Shown here piece by piece: positions 1 to 12,061 of a stretch of 64,000 nucleotides of DNA; the first letter of the stretch is position 1, and every line of letters begins with the position of its first letter. The notes under the pieces were generated by a model. The model saw nothing but the letters and a program-made list of their open reading frames with translations. It had not been told where the DNA came from and ran no database searches. The stretch is taken from the NCBI GenBank assembly GCA_010093815.1, contig ML996582.1; one strand, written 5' to 3'. The stretch comes from Pseudovirgaria hyperparasitica (taxonomy: Eukaryota). Made by a program: the position numbers and the translations under genes.

Positions 1-1787
1 GCCGTCCGCATGTCATGACCCGGCCGAAAGGTATCGATGCGGTCAATGGCTTGACCCCTCATTCGTCAGGTTGTTTTGCATCGACAACAACAACAATTAT
101 GTCAATAATCACCACAATTGATGAGAATACTCCACGGTCTTGTACCAACTACATCTACAATCGTCAGACTACTATGAGGACGTGTTTCATCACTGCTCCT
201 GCTCGTTACTGCAAGTTTTGCACAGGCGCTCTCGATGCCATGTTCCTCCTGCGACTCATGCGTCAACTAGCAGCCGTTGGTCGTCGCCCGTTCCTACAAG
301 GCGCATATTGCCAGCTCATTCGTGCATGACTGGGGTACGACAACACGACAACTCGTGGGTACCACCAGGCCCAGTTCTTCCTTCATCAATCTTTTTGGTC
401 TTCATTGGCCTCCTCGTGCTGTCGCTGCTCTAGTCGGCGTTAGAATAACACCATCTTCTCGGTGTGTTGTTATACCTGATCAACCGAAGCGTAGTGATAC
501 GCTCAAGCTCGCTGGAAGCCACCGTCGAACCTACTGCACCAACATCACGGCTGCGTGTCAAGATACTCACCAGTAGTCTCGAGCTTAGGCGCGATGCCCG
601 CCTCCTCGCTACCGCATCGGGCAAGGCTGCTGGCATTTGATGCGTCCAACATGGAGACATGCCCGTCTCCACGGACGCTCTCGCCAGTTTCGCTATGGTC
701 TTGCCGCCGGACTACCAAAATAAACAAAGCCTCTGTTTCTCCATCTGACAAGCGTATCCAAGATCTTGAGTGCGTTCCGTGAGTCCGGGGGACGGCTCAA
801 GATCTTGAATTGCTTTGCTTCCTTCGGCGTTGCCCTCTCAGCAATACCGCAGCATTAGCGGATTTGCGAGAGTACCGCTGGGATAGACATCGTACGCATG
901 GTCCCGTTAAGGCTGAGGAACTCTATGAATGTCTCCGGTGCTCCGGGGTTCCGGTCAACGTGAATCTCATGTGTACAGCTTTGCCCCAACCTTCCATATC
1001 AGTATCAGTATCAGTCTGTGCGAGCCGCCGATCACAAACGTCAAAAAAAAATTCACAGAGCTTTGACGTACCTACGGCTCGAGACTCGCAGGGTCCAATC
1101 CCGATCAGCGGTCGTTGAATCGCGCTATTGCTGCATAGTAGTGGCGAACCGAGGGTTATGGGGTGCCCTCGAGGAGGGGCTACCGGTGAACTTTTGTGCT
1201 CGTTCGAAATGTCTATCAAAGTAGCTGACATTCTGGAACACACTCCGCTTTTACTGGTAAAGCGAGACGCCAACACATCAATAATGGGTCTCAACTCCAG
1301 AGCCTCAATCACGCCTGCAGATTATTCATTTCTCACAGCCAATACTATACAATCTTGCTACTGGCGGTCGAGATGTGGACGCATATCCAGGCATGCCTGC
1401 TCCGCTCGCTTTTGTCCCATTAAATTACACTCCGTCTCCCACTCGGAGGGAGTAAGATATCCTACCTCCACCCATTCCTTCTTCTGCAGGCCACCTCACT
1501 CCCTTGCTGTCGACCTCTTAGACAACACTTCGCCAGCAGACACGACAACTGTCACTTCTAACATTAACACATTGTCAAGCCTCCCCACACGCATCTCTCG
1601 GGGTACAGCAGGAGCCTCGCTTGTGAGTGGTCCGTCACCCTCGTCCGAATCGACCGCACAGTGTTTGGGCAGGCCAGAACTCGAGAAAGACATCCGAATT
1701 CGGCCATTGAAGGGAATTTTCAAGCCATTGAGAAAAGAAAAAAAAGTGTTGCCACTGTAATCTGTTGTAACCAGAGGCCCATTGAAG

Positions 1788-2548
1788 ATGTTCTACCACA
1801 TCTACCTTACTGGTAAGACATTCAGATACTCGTTTGACTGCATTCGTGCTTGGTACCATAGCCTTGGAAAGTCTGCAACGATTGTCGTGTTGTATTTCAT
1901 GGGGCTCGATGCCTTGTACAGATCACGTCGACTGGGGGCTTAGTGCTGAAATGCCGAGTCTGACATGAACTACATCTGCAGATGGGCCACGTTGTTATTC
2001 ATTGTTGGCGTCATGTCCACCTCTGTGCATATCCATAATCCAATTGGCTGATACATAACACTATAGGTCTTTGCCAACGTCGTCACTGGCCAGAACCCTC
2101 CTATGATTCCTACCGAACTCGTCGAGGTTATTACGGCTGCACCGTTCGCGTCAACAACCGAGAGTACACCACCGATGAGGACTACGAGACGGACGATCTG
2201 GCACGCAATGCTGCAGCTACCCGCGCCTACATGATATGCCGTAACTTCTCCGTCAACGATGGCATGTATCCCGGTCAGCGTCAGGGCCAGGGCGGCATCG
2301 TCCAGGGGCTTCCTGTTGCTATTGGCACCGGCCGCCGTAACACCCAGTCGTCGATCAACGACTCCGATAGTGGCAGCACTGGGAGTGGCGGCAGCAGCCC
2401 TCGAGGCAGTGACTCTGGATTGCCGCAGACGCATAGCCGACACACGAGCAAATCCTCGGTCGAGACTTGCTATTGCGGCCGCGGACATGTCCGCGCCTAT
2501 GAGAGATGCCAGCGTTGTCTCCAGGAGTGCGGCTGGGCCCAGGCATAG
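1788..2548 (+). CDS. Small double-stranded-RNA-binding-motif (dsRBD)-like protein with a C-terminal Cys cluster; 2 exons (1788-1812, 2067-2548)
   Basis: ATG at 1788, GTAAGA donor at 1813, TAG acceptor ending 2066. The spliced product reads MFYHIYLTGLCQRRHWPEPSYDSYRTRRGYYGCTVRVNNREYTTDEDYETDDLARNAAATRAYMICRNFSVNDG..., matching the alpha-beta-beta-beta-alpha dsRBD pattern, and joins ORF 2231..2548 in frame. Confidence 0.75.
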
Positions 2549-4316
2549 ATGACCTCTCTGATCCAGTCCCTCGGTAATGGATCAATTGCATCACGCAACG
2601 GTACCATTCACAGAAGCTAAATTTCCCCTCATACGAAAGACACCAGAGCCCAAGCTCAAACTCTACCCTTTACGATCTTGTATTTAAAGCTACGACTGAA
2701 CGACTTGCTTTGACGACCATGCATCTGATCCGGACGGCAATATCACCGCCCGGACTAACGACACGACTTTTATGAACGACTGACGACCACCAAATTCAAC
2801 GACTGGGACTGGCTATCTGCATTCCCGCGTTATATACATCAGACTGCATCCAAATCACGAATCTCTCTTTCCTCATAAGACGATTTTTCTTTCTTCCTCT
2901 CACGACTCACGTCTTGACGAATCTTGTTTCCTCTCTCTGGACGTCTTTATGACGAACATGACGATGATGACAAAGGGCGGTATTTTCAGCGCATTTTTTA
3001 TCATTTCTTGACAAGCGTTCAGCGACATCTTTATACATGAGCATCCAATCGCACAACCCTGAAGATGCTCGGGAGGGGTATTCTGTGCACCTTCACTTTA
3101 TATTGTAACGACTTAATGAAACTCATGTTTTTGCTCCTGCAGATGTGTATGCGTTCTGTGATACTCATGTTATAGCGATAGACTGTCGTCATCCCACTAC
3201 AACTGGCGTACAGGACTGACCCGATCACGAGACATTAGATCTTCGTTTCCTCTTACAACGGATCGTCCATACACTTCGGGGCCTCACAGAATCGATATAC
3301 CTCAGCCATCCCCCCTTTCCACACACACAAAGCTGATACTGATCCCCCGTTACCAGATATCCCTTCTCACTCAGATGTTCCCCGAATTCGTCCCCCATCC
3401 ATCACCTCACATCTTGCTACGCGCCCCCTTCCCCCTCGACTCAACCCTCGAACCCACAAGGCAACCGACAATCCCGGGAAAATCTCAGCCCTGTGGACGC
3501 ACGTGCGCGCGCCGGCACATCATCGTTTCGAGCATGAGAGGCCGAACGAATCAGGACTGCAAAACGCGTTCTGCAGCTCTCATTGGCCCGAGCTTATTTG
3601 GACGGTGGGTGGGTTGCAAAAGATGGCGATGGCAACGTCTTCTTTCTCTCTATCTTGCTTTCACGCCGTGGGCTCGAGAGAAGACATGGCTCGAGGTCCT
3701 GCTGTGAGCGCGGCGTAGTATTGTGAAGTCGTGAAGACAAGCTCGATTTGGCAATGCACTTGAGTGTGCCATGTCCTTGCCTCAGGCAACACCTACCTCT
3801 TTCTCCCTTACCACGGTCATACACATGGCATGTCTCTATGTTTCATGATCTTGTATATCATCTACCCGCTTCTCTATCTCCTCGAACCTCGAACCTCACA
3901 CCTCAAACGCCAAAGCAACGCAAAAACCGCCCTTCACTACCACCACGCGCACGCACACAACACATATACGCGCATTCAAGCGCGCGGAACACGCCGGACC
4001 GACAATTCCACGGAACATCATCGCGCTAGGGCATGCTGGGAGAATAAGTATGGTATAGTGAAAGAAAAAAGAAACAAGAATCGAGCCACATCGATGCGTA
4101 GGTTACCAAGTAGCATGACGGATAATCGCGCTTGAGCGAGTTCCATGGAACTGGGGGCAGGAGGGGGGAAAGAACGAATCGAGCGAGCGATGGAGATCCG
4201 GTTTTGGGGAAATTTCTGGGTATAAATACGGGGGTGTTCGCCTGCATTTCTTGGGTTGTGCTTTTGTTTATTTTCATTCATACATTTATACCTACATACA
4301 CGGACTCACACGCATA

Positions 4317-4338
4317 CATATATATATATATATATATA
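4317..4338. repeat. (TA)n microsatellite
   Basis: catatatatatatatatatata run. Confidence 0.9.
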
Positions 4339-4736
4339 CGCTTTTACTTGCTTGAGTTTTGACACTTATACTTACGCTTCCACTCCACTCGCACATGCTC
4401 ACTACAACTCTGTACCTACCTCGTACGTTAGTCCACAACAGCAGCAAGCAGAGCACTTTCGACTAACGTCAGACCTAGTCTTTCCACAGTTTGAAGCTTC
4501 ACCCGGGCAGGCCTCCCTACACAACCTAACATCAACACTTTGAGCCTTTGAGACATTGGACCCATTCACACTCTTTATCCATTCGCGTAAGTCTTCTCCT
4601 CTAAAAACAAACAGCCCATCAGCCCAATCCACAGCCCGACTAACCTCAAAAACAGTCTATCCAACAGAGCATTTCAAAAGTTTTCTTCCCCGACACACAC
4701 ACACGCACACACCTACACGCACAAACGGCATACAAA

Positions 4737-4940
4737 ATGCCCTTCAGACTCGACAACTCGAGCAAAATCACTCTTTTCGTCCTTTTCTGCGGCCTGTGCG
4801 TCATACTGGTCTTTTTCTTCATCTTATATCTGGTGAAGGTCAGGGAGAGGATGCTTGGTACCGGGGACGCCGAGGCCTCATCCGAGGTTTCCGAGGTCGA
4901 CTCGGAGGACCAGCGGAGCATCGATTCGTTGGACAGCTGA
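4737..4940 (+). CDS. Putative 67-aa single-pass membrane microprotein
   Basis: One hydrophobic segment (ITLFVLFCGLCVILVFFFILYLV) followed by basic residues and an acidic tail. ATG is in CAAAATG context, with TATAAATA at 4221 and two intron-like elements in the leader. Confidence 0.5.
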   Translation: MPFRLDNSSKITLFVLFCGLCVILVFFFILYLVKVRERMLGTGDAEASSEVSEVDSEDQRSIDSLDS

Positions 4941-5564
4941 ATTGGGTGTGGGCTGGAGGATAATTTCTTTTGTGCGGCATGCATTTTTTGGTGTTTTTGG
5001 AGGGCTGGATAGGCGGTGTTTAGTGTACCAGTTTTGCAGACGATAGGAATCCATAGGATATCAATGTGAACGTACCAGGATATCAGACCAGAGTGTAGTG
5101 AGATCCGGGTGTGCATGGAACCTGTTTCTGGTGTAGCCAATAGAGCTTCTTGCGGTTCTTTGATGCGTAGCAAGCGCAGTTTAGTGATGATTCTGACGCA
5201 TGGGAAGAATAATACCACAGCTGTATGTATAAATTGCCATCGAAAGGCCCCAGGTCTCCTGTTCCTAGGTGATACACGCTACTAAAAATTGATAGACATC
5301 AGACATTCACGGTGATTTTTTGGCGTTCCAGCCCTGCAACCCTACTCTCCAGAGCTCACTAACTTCGAATCCTCCTTAGAAGGCATTGCAACGACGCATA
5401 GCCTGTCACCAGGACTCTTCACCGGACTCAGAAGAAGGACCAGCCCTTGTAAGGCCATCTCGAAAGTAAGCACCCACATCTAGTAACACTACCGGCAGAA
5501 CTGATCTCTGAAGTAAAGCTCGCACCTCACCCTACGCACAAGCTACAGTGGGCATAATCGATTC

Positions 5565-6008
5565 ATGGACGGCCCTGGTACAATGACAGTGGTTGACTAC
5601 AAATACGTCCCTGTCAAAGTCAAAGCACAAATAGACATAGATAGTGCCGTAAAATGGTCTGCTCCTGCAATATTTGTATTGCTCATATTCATTGCATGGA
5701 CTTTGAAGAAGACATGCAGGACAAATAAGATGCTGAGATCGATGAGACAACAACGCGCTCAGTTTGACGCCGAGATGCAGGAGCATGAGCAATACGAAGC
5801 ACTCGTAGCAGAACGAGCGCGCAGCGAAGAGTTACCAAGAGTGCCAGCGCCAGCATACACGGTGACTGACGAAGATATTGAGCCGTACATGGACGCGACA
5901 AGAAGTTGGCCGAGCTTCGAGCCACCGCCAGCGTATGGACGAGAGGAGTTTCTGGGTGAGAGAGTCTGGTATGGCATTGTGAATCGCTCTCATAGTACGA
6001 GCAGATAA
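5565..6008 (+). CDS. Putative single-pass membrane protein with PY motifs
   Basis: 147-aa ORF with one TM segment (APAIFVLLIFIAWTL), a coiled-coil-like stretch and PAPAY/PPPAY motifs. A GTAAGC..CTGAT..AAG intron-like element lies upstream (~5466-5513). Confidence 0.5.
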   Translation: MDGPGTMTVVDYKYVPVKVKAQIDIDSAVKWSAPAIFVLLIFIAWTLKKTCRTNKMLRSMRQQRAQFDAEMQEHEQYEALVAERARSEELPRVPAPAYTVTDEDIEPYMDATRSWPSFEPPPAYGREEFLGERVWYGIVNRSHSTSR

Positions 6009-7250
6009 CCGATGGCGAGCTTGGGTGCGGACGGCGTTTCGTATTTCGAGCCTGTAGATTGACAACAAGTCTGTTCCATAGATGTCTCTTAAAATTATGA
6101 TTCTTGTCGTTCTAGAGACATTGGTGTCTAGTGATCTCGCATTAGCGATTACGAAGTCACTATTCTTCTGTCAATATGGCCATTAGGATAGCCTCACAGA
6201 AACACATAAATGTATAGTCCAAAACGGTCGAGGCGGTTGTTGTTGGGAGTACGACCACTGCCTAGGTAAATTGTCAAAGCCAAGCCACTGGCAGGGGCCA
6301 TACATCATTTCCTAAAGCGGCCCCTAGGGTTGTCGGTTGCACTATAGGAGATAAACGAGTGGAGATGGCTTGTGTGGCTGCATGACGGCGGACCACTGGT
6401 TGTCTGCTGCGACACAATGTCAGTTGCGTGCTTATATGTCTGTTGTTGTCCAACATAGAGGAGAGTTGAAAGCTGTGGCCCTTCATTCCCCCCAAACCAA
6501 AGCCATAGTCTCTGCTGACTGCTAAGAACTGCTGTAATGTATGATTGGTGATGTGATGGACGGCCATAGGTAGCTTCAGGAACGTCAGCCGCCGTGAAGC
6601 TCGGTATCTCGTGACAGAGGCGCGGAGGAGGGTTGACTAAATGATCAGTGATGGGGCTCGATATGAAACGAGGCGACTGTTTTGAGAAATGAGAAATGAA
6701 GAGCAAGGGGGGTTCTAGAAGAGCGTACGCAAGCTGGAAGTGGGAGAAGACAGGGAACGATGGAGGAAGAAGGCGAACTATTCGTTCACGCGGCCAGCAG
6801 TGCGGGGACGTGTGAAGGGTCTGTAGGGGGGCTCGGCAGGTGGAAAGGCAGCGCCGGCGCAGGGCAGGGTCACGCTCACTGGGCACTGGCAACTGGCTCT
6901 GGTACTGGCACCGTTACTGGCACCGTTACTGGCAAAAAAGAAAGGGGCCGAGCTGCCACATCCCATTCTTATTAGCGGATTGGATCGGATTAGAGTGAGA
7001 AAGAGAGGATCGTGACTTTTCTTCCTGGCTGCTTAATAGTCCTGGCCAATTCACACCGCCCTCGCTCTGTCACTCTGTCCTCTACTCTATTCTCCTTCCA
7101 CTCACTCAGCTTTACCTGTCTCTTCTCCAACCCACGCCAGTTCCATTGCGACAATCCACTCCATCTCTCCAGCTTCTCCATTTTCGTCTCTACCAGCTTC
7201 ATAGCCACCTCTTTCCCCCCACAAGCCAGCTTCTCACCGAAACCGCAATC

Positions 7251-8615
7251 ATGAAAGGTGTGTCGTTGCAACAGCTCTATCCAGCCGTGTAGTCACATGC
7301 TGACATAGTCGCCTATTAGCTCTTATTCTCGTTGGAGGGTTTGGCACCCGTCTTCGACCTCTCGTACGCCTCTTATACCCCGCCGTACCTCTGTTGACGT
7401 ATACAAGACGGTGCTCACTGCGGACTCGCCGATTGACAACATGATAGACTCTCACGCTTCCGAAGCCGTTGGTGGAGTTTGCCAACAAGCCTATGATCTA
7501 CCATCAGGTCAAAGCACTCGCCGCCGCGGGCGTCACAGACATTGTGCTCGCAGTAAACTACAGACCAGAAATCATGACCGAGGCACTGCAAAAGGTTCGT
7601 AGCGCGACAATGAGAATACGCTCGCGCTCTAGCTCAACACGAACCTGACCAATTGCAACAGTATGAGAAAGAGTTTAATGTTAGAATTGAATTCTCTGTC
7701 GAGACCGAGCCCCTGGGCACCGCTGGGCCTCTCAAGCTTGCTGAGAAGATTCTAGGCAAGGACGACACGCCTTTCTTCGTCCTCAACTCGGATGTCATCT
7801 GTGAATACCCATTCAACGAGCTAGCAGAGTTCCACAGACAACACGGGCAGGAGGGTACAATCATCGTTACCAAGGTGGAAGAGCCTTCGAAATACGGTGT
7901 CATTGTGCACAAGCATGACCACCCTTCGCGCATTGATCGCTTTGTGGAGAAGCCAATTGAATTCGTAGGCAACCGCATTAACGCCGGTATCTACATCTTC
8001 AACCCCTCCGTGCTTAAGCGCATCGAGCTTCGCCCAACCTCGATCGAACAAGAGACCTTCCCCGCCATCTGCAAGGACGGACAGCTCCACTCCTTTGACC
8101 TAGAAGGCTTTTGGATGGATGTTGGACAGCCCAAGGACTTTCTGGCTGGAACTTGCTTATACCTCTCATCGCTAACCAAGAAGAACTCCAAAGAACTTAC
8201 TCCTGTGTCGGAGCCCTTCGTATATGGTGGTAACGTTCTCATGGACCCTTCCGCAAAGGTCGGCAAGAACTGTCGTATTGGCCCTAATGTGACGATTGGG
8301 CCCAATGTAGTGATTGGAGATGGCGTTCGTCTCCAGCGGTGTGTGTTGCTATCGGGTAGCAAGGTCAAAGACCACGCTTGGGTTAAGTCAACTATAGTTG
8401 GCTGGAACAGCTCTGTTGGAAGGTGGGCTCGCTTGGAAAATGTGACTGTTTTAGGAGACGATGTCGCAATCGGGGACGAAGTCTACGTGAATGGTGGATC
8501 CATTCTTCCACACAAGACTATCAAGCAGAACGTTGACGGTGAGTGAAGGAGCTATTGCGCTGTTAGGGGATTAATAACTGACATGCCACTCATAGTTCCC
8601 GCTATCATCATGTAA
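7251..8615 (+). CDS. MPG1: Mannose-1-phosphate guanylyltransferase (GDP-mannose pyrophosphorylase); 5 exons
   Basis: Spliced N-terminus [34 protein letters not shown], then [22 protein letters not shown], hexapeptide repeats and C-terminal VDVPAIIM*. Exons 7251-7257, 7320-7363, 7448-7594, 7662-8538, 8596-8615. Confidence 0.97.
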
Positions 8616-9274
8616 AAGAAAAAAAAAAACACCCTTCCCCCAATGACACAGCCTCTCGACTCCCGCCACGGCGCATCGTTCAAACAGTTTTTAATACCCC
8701 AGCATATCAGTATTCGTGTATATCATTAGTTTCCGGATTTTAGGGTTATTCATGTTCTGGCTTTGGGTTAGTTAGGTGGGAAGAAAGGCTTTGCATGGGA
8801 TCTTTGCAAGCAAAGCCATTCCTGGTTGTAGGCGAGTCGTCGAGAGAGACAAACACAAGGCTGGATATTGGCATCGTCAAGGTTTACTTGGAACGGGGCT
8901 CGGATTGCAGAAAGAAGATGGTTGTAGAAAAGTTAACATATGCTAGAGTCATAGATATATCGCCTGGCCGCGAGTGAGTAGACACCGGTTCATCTGGTAC
9001 ATAGTCGTCTTTGGAGAAATAAACCCCCGTCGGATTGCTTGATTGGCGCCACAGAAGGACAATGCACACATCTGTGGTGCAGAACCTTTGACGTCATTTT
9101 GAACATTGTAAAACTTGACATAATCATCACAGGCATCATTGAACAAAAAAGCACTAGAAAGAGCCGACCTTTTGTGTGAATATAATGTATATATATTGTG
9201 TACAAACGCGGTTGTGCAGACCCTGAGGCTGCATGCCTGCGGCGCAATGCATAAATGCACAAGACGGCGGAAAT

Positions 9275-11111
9275 CTAATGGAACGTAGCCTTCTCGTCCG
9301 ATTCGACCACCTCCTTCGAACGCTCAACACCGACCTCACTTTCCCCCTCACTCCTCCCCTCAACCTCTGGATCCGCACGCCAGAAGTCCTTCTTCCCACG
9401 CGCCGCCCGCCCGATCCACGGCGGCAGAAAGCCACCCTCAACCTTGTACGTCCAAGGATCACTCTCCTCGATGCCCGGTGGCACGACCTTGCCCGCGCTC
9501 GCAAACGCAATAAGCTTTGCACCGCCATTCAGCACAATGTAGCTGCAAATGCCCGCAATGAGGCCGTACGCGATGGAATACGTAAATGGCATGATGGCAA
9601 TGGTCAAGAATGCCGGAATGGCGTCTCCAGGATACTTCCAGTTGACCTGCGCCGCCGCACTCGCCATCATGGAGCCGACCAGGATCAGCGTACAGCCTGT
9701 AGCCCACGGTGGAATAGATGCGAAAATCGGTGCGAAGAAGATGGCGATAAAGAAACATATACCTGTAAACATGGCCGTTATTCCGGTCTTGCCACCCTCG
9801 GAAATACCTGCACCCGACTCGATGTAGGCGGTCACAGGCGGGCATCCGAAGAGCGAGCCGATAGAGATACCAACAGCATCGACGGTGTATGCCATGGCCG
9901 AACCTTCAAAATCCTGTGTACGTTCGTCGATGGCACCACAGAAGCGCGCCATCGAGTATAATGTACCGGTACAATCAAGAATGTCAACATATAGGAAAGT
10001 CAGGAATGCGAGCCCGAACTGCCCACCATAACCAGAAATATTCCATTCTTGTACGGCCAGGACGCGTTTGATCGGATGGAAAGCGACAACCTGCTTGAAG
10101 AAGTCGAAGGCCGAGTCACCGGCGGGGGTATGCGGGAAATACGTCACAGGCGTGCTGCGTGGCCAGGAGATGATGCTGACGAGGAGAATTCCAGCGATAA
10201 TGGCGCCCTTGACGCGGTACATCATGAGCAGTGCAGTCAGGAAGCCGCCACAGAATATACCAATCCACATTGTAGGATTACGCATCTTTGTGCCGCCCGG
10301 GCAGACACCTGCGTTTTCTGTGATAGCGAGGACGTCGGGCGTGCAACCGGCGAGCTCGAGGGGCGTGGACGCAGCACCTGTGATGAGACCAATACCAGAC
10401 GAGTATGTCAGACCGATTATCGTGAGATACAGACCAATTCCAACGCCTGTAGCAAGTTTTATGCTTTGAGGAAGTGCGCGGGCGAGCCATTGGCGGATAC
10501 CCAGCAGTGTGAGGCCGACGAAGACCCACCCCTCGACAAAGACGGCTGTGAGGGCGACGGCGTACGGGACGGAACCGGATCCGTGGTAACCGACGACGGT
10601 GAAGGCGAAGTAGGCGTTGAGACCCATACCGGGTGCGAGAGCGATGGGCATGTTGGCGAGCAGACCCATCATGAAAGACGTGAGAGCAGAAACTGTAGAC
10701 ACTATCAGAGACCGATCGATGCAAAAGGCAGTTGCACTGGAACATACTCGCCGCCGTCGCAGTAACGAGATCTCGATTGACCTCCTGCACACAAATCATA
10801 TACTCGACATCCGAATCACACAGATCCGGCGAGTCGGCAGGACACACGCAAGTGCCGCCAGACTGGCTCACGATGTTCGCGTTCACGGATATGATGTAGG
10901 CCATGGCGCAGAAGATTGTGATACCGGCACGGATCTCGGTGAGGAAGAGCGAGCCAGGTCTGGCTTTGGGCTGGAGTGGACGTCAGAGGTGATTCTGGTG
11001 GTGGAATAGTTTTTGAGATATTATACTGACATGACCAGACCCCTCGAGGCGGAAGTATCGTCCCACCACGCTGTTTGCAACAGCGGAGTTGACAGTCTGT
11101 ACAACACCCAT
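9275..11111 (-). CDS. azgA: AzgA-like purine (adenine/guanine/hypoxanthine) permease, NCS2 family; 3 exons
   Basis: GRYFRLEGSGHPK..FLTEIRAG..AMAYII, ANMPIALAPGMGLNAYFAF and PVTAYIESGAGISEGGKTG motifs, with many TM segments. Introns at ~10971-11030 and ~10693-10747. Confidence 0.92.
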
Positions 11112-12047
11112 CTTGAAGGAGGTATACAAGATTCGACAAGTCGTGTAGAGCTCAGTAGCAACTCCCTTGCCGTCGGGGAGGGTTTTTCTCAATGGCGAAG
11201 AGCCGACGTGGTGATCCTGCAGACGAACAGGTCGTCGGTACGAGGGGGAGTAAATTCTTTATAGAGGTCTGAAACGGCCATGGATGGCGACTTGACTCTA
11301 GGGTCCGGTACCCACCGACGGACTCGGCTCGCGAAGCATGATAAGCAAAAGAATCAAAGGCTAAGGCGAGGGAAGGGGGGGGGAGGGGGTGTAACACACT
11401 AGGTATATACACTGTAGAGTCAGTAATTCCCACCTTGCCTTAGTTCCAGATCAGGCTGGGAAGGCCGTACTGGGCCACTTTGTTGTCAGCGCGTCGGCCG
11501 AGCGCGGCAGGGGGAATCTTGGATTTTGGAGCGAGATCCATGCTTCATACAATTTACAGTTCAGGGTGTTCAGAGCAGCGAGTAGAAAGTACAATTCCCC
11601 ACGTTGGAACTGAACTGCTCACTCACCACTACATACCTACATGTAAATACTACTGCATCCTGCACGTCTCTGCTGCTGCCCGTTGGTCTTGGCCTCCTGC
11701 TGTCCGTTGCTCGCTCGCCATTCGCTCGGCACTTGCAGGAGGAACTTATAAAGAACGTTTCAGATGCCCTGCAAAAAAGACTTTTGACAGTTTGCCGTGT
11801 TCGGGGCAGCCATCGAACGACTTGAGTCAATTATTGGTGCTGATCCCGATCCACATCCTGATCAAAAGGTTGACGCTTTGGACTTCTGATTAATATTACA
11901 TGGCAATTCCAGGACTACTTTTTTGGCGAAAGATAGCTTTGCAAACAGCCAGGTATTAACAAACAAATCCCCCGTCCACCCTGGCCATCGCTTGTCGCGT
12001 TGCTTGTTCAGCCTTTCTTCAAGAAGGCTGACGGCACGCAGGGCTGC

Positions 12048-12061
12048 TCGGATATCCCCGA
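12048..12061. promoter_or_regulatory. UaY-type binding site TCGG-N6-CCGA upstream of azgA
   Basis: TCGGatatccCCGA is an exact match to the A. nidulans UaY consensus and lies ~940 bp upstream of the azgA ATG. Confidence 0.6.

Noticed and set aside
15..1760. Several overlapping ORFs, including 1128..1760 (210 aa)
   Set aside because: No recognisable motifs and Ser/Arg/Cys-rich composition typical of non-coding frames; probably the upstream region of the dsRBD gene.
1970..2488. 172-aa minus-strand ORF
   Set aside because: Antisense shadow of the dsRBD-like exon.
7364..7447. Possible 3-nt micro-exon (ACG) inside MPG1 intron 2
   Set aside because: It would add a Thr to the conserved RPLTLTLPKP motif and leave a ~37-nt intron; one 84-nt intron fits better.
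8740..8748. TTAGGGTTA, the reverse complement of a fungal telomerase RNA template
   Set aside because: A single 9-mer in the short gap between the convergent MPG1 and azgA 3' ends, with no room for a long telomerase RNA and no telomeric array.
9233..10765. Plus-strand ORFs of 242 and 238 aa
   Set aside because: Antisense shadows of the codon-biased azgA gene.
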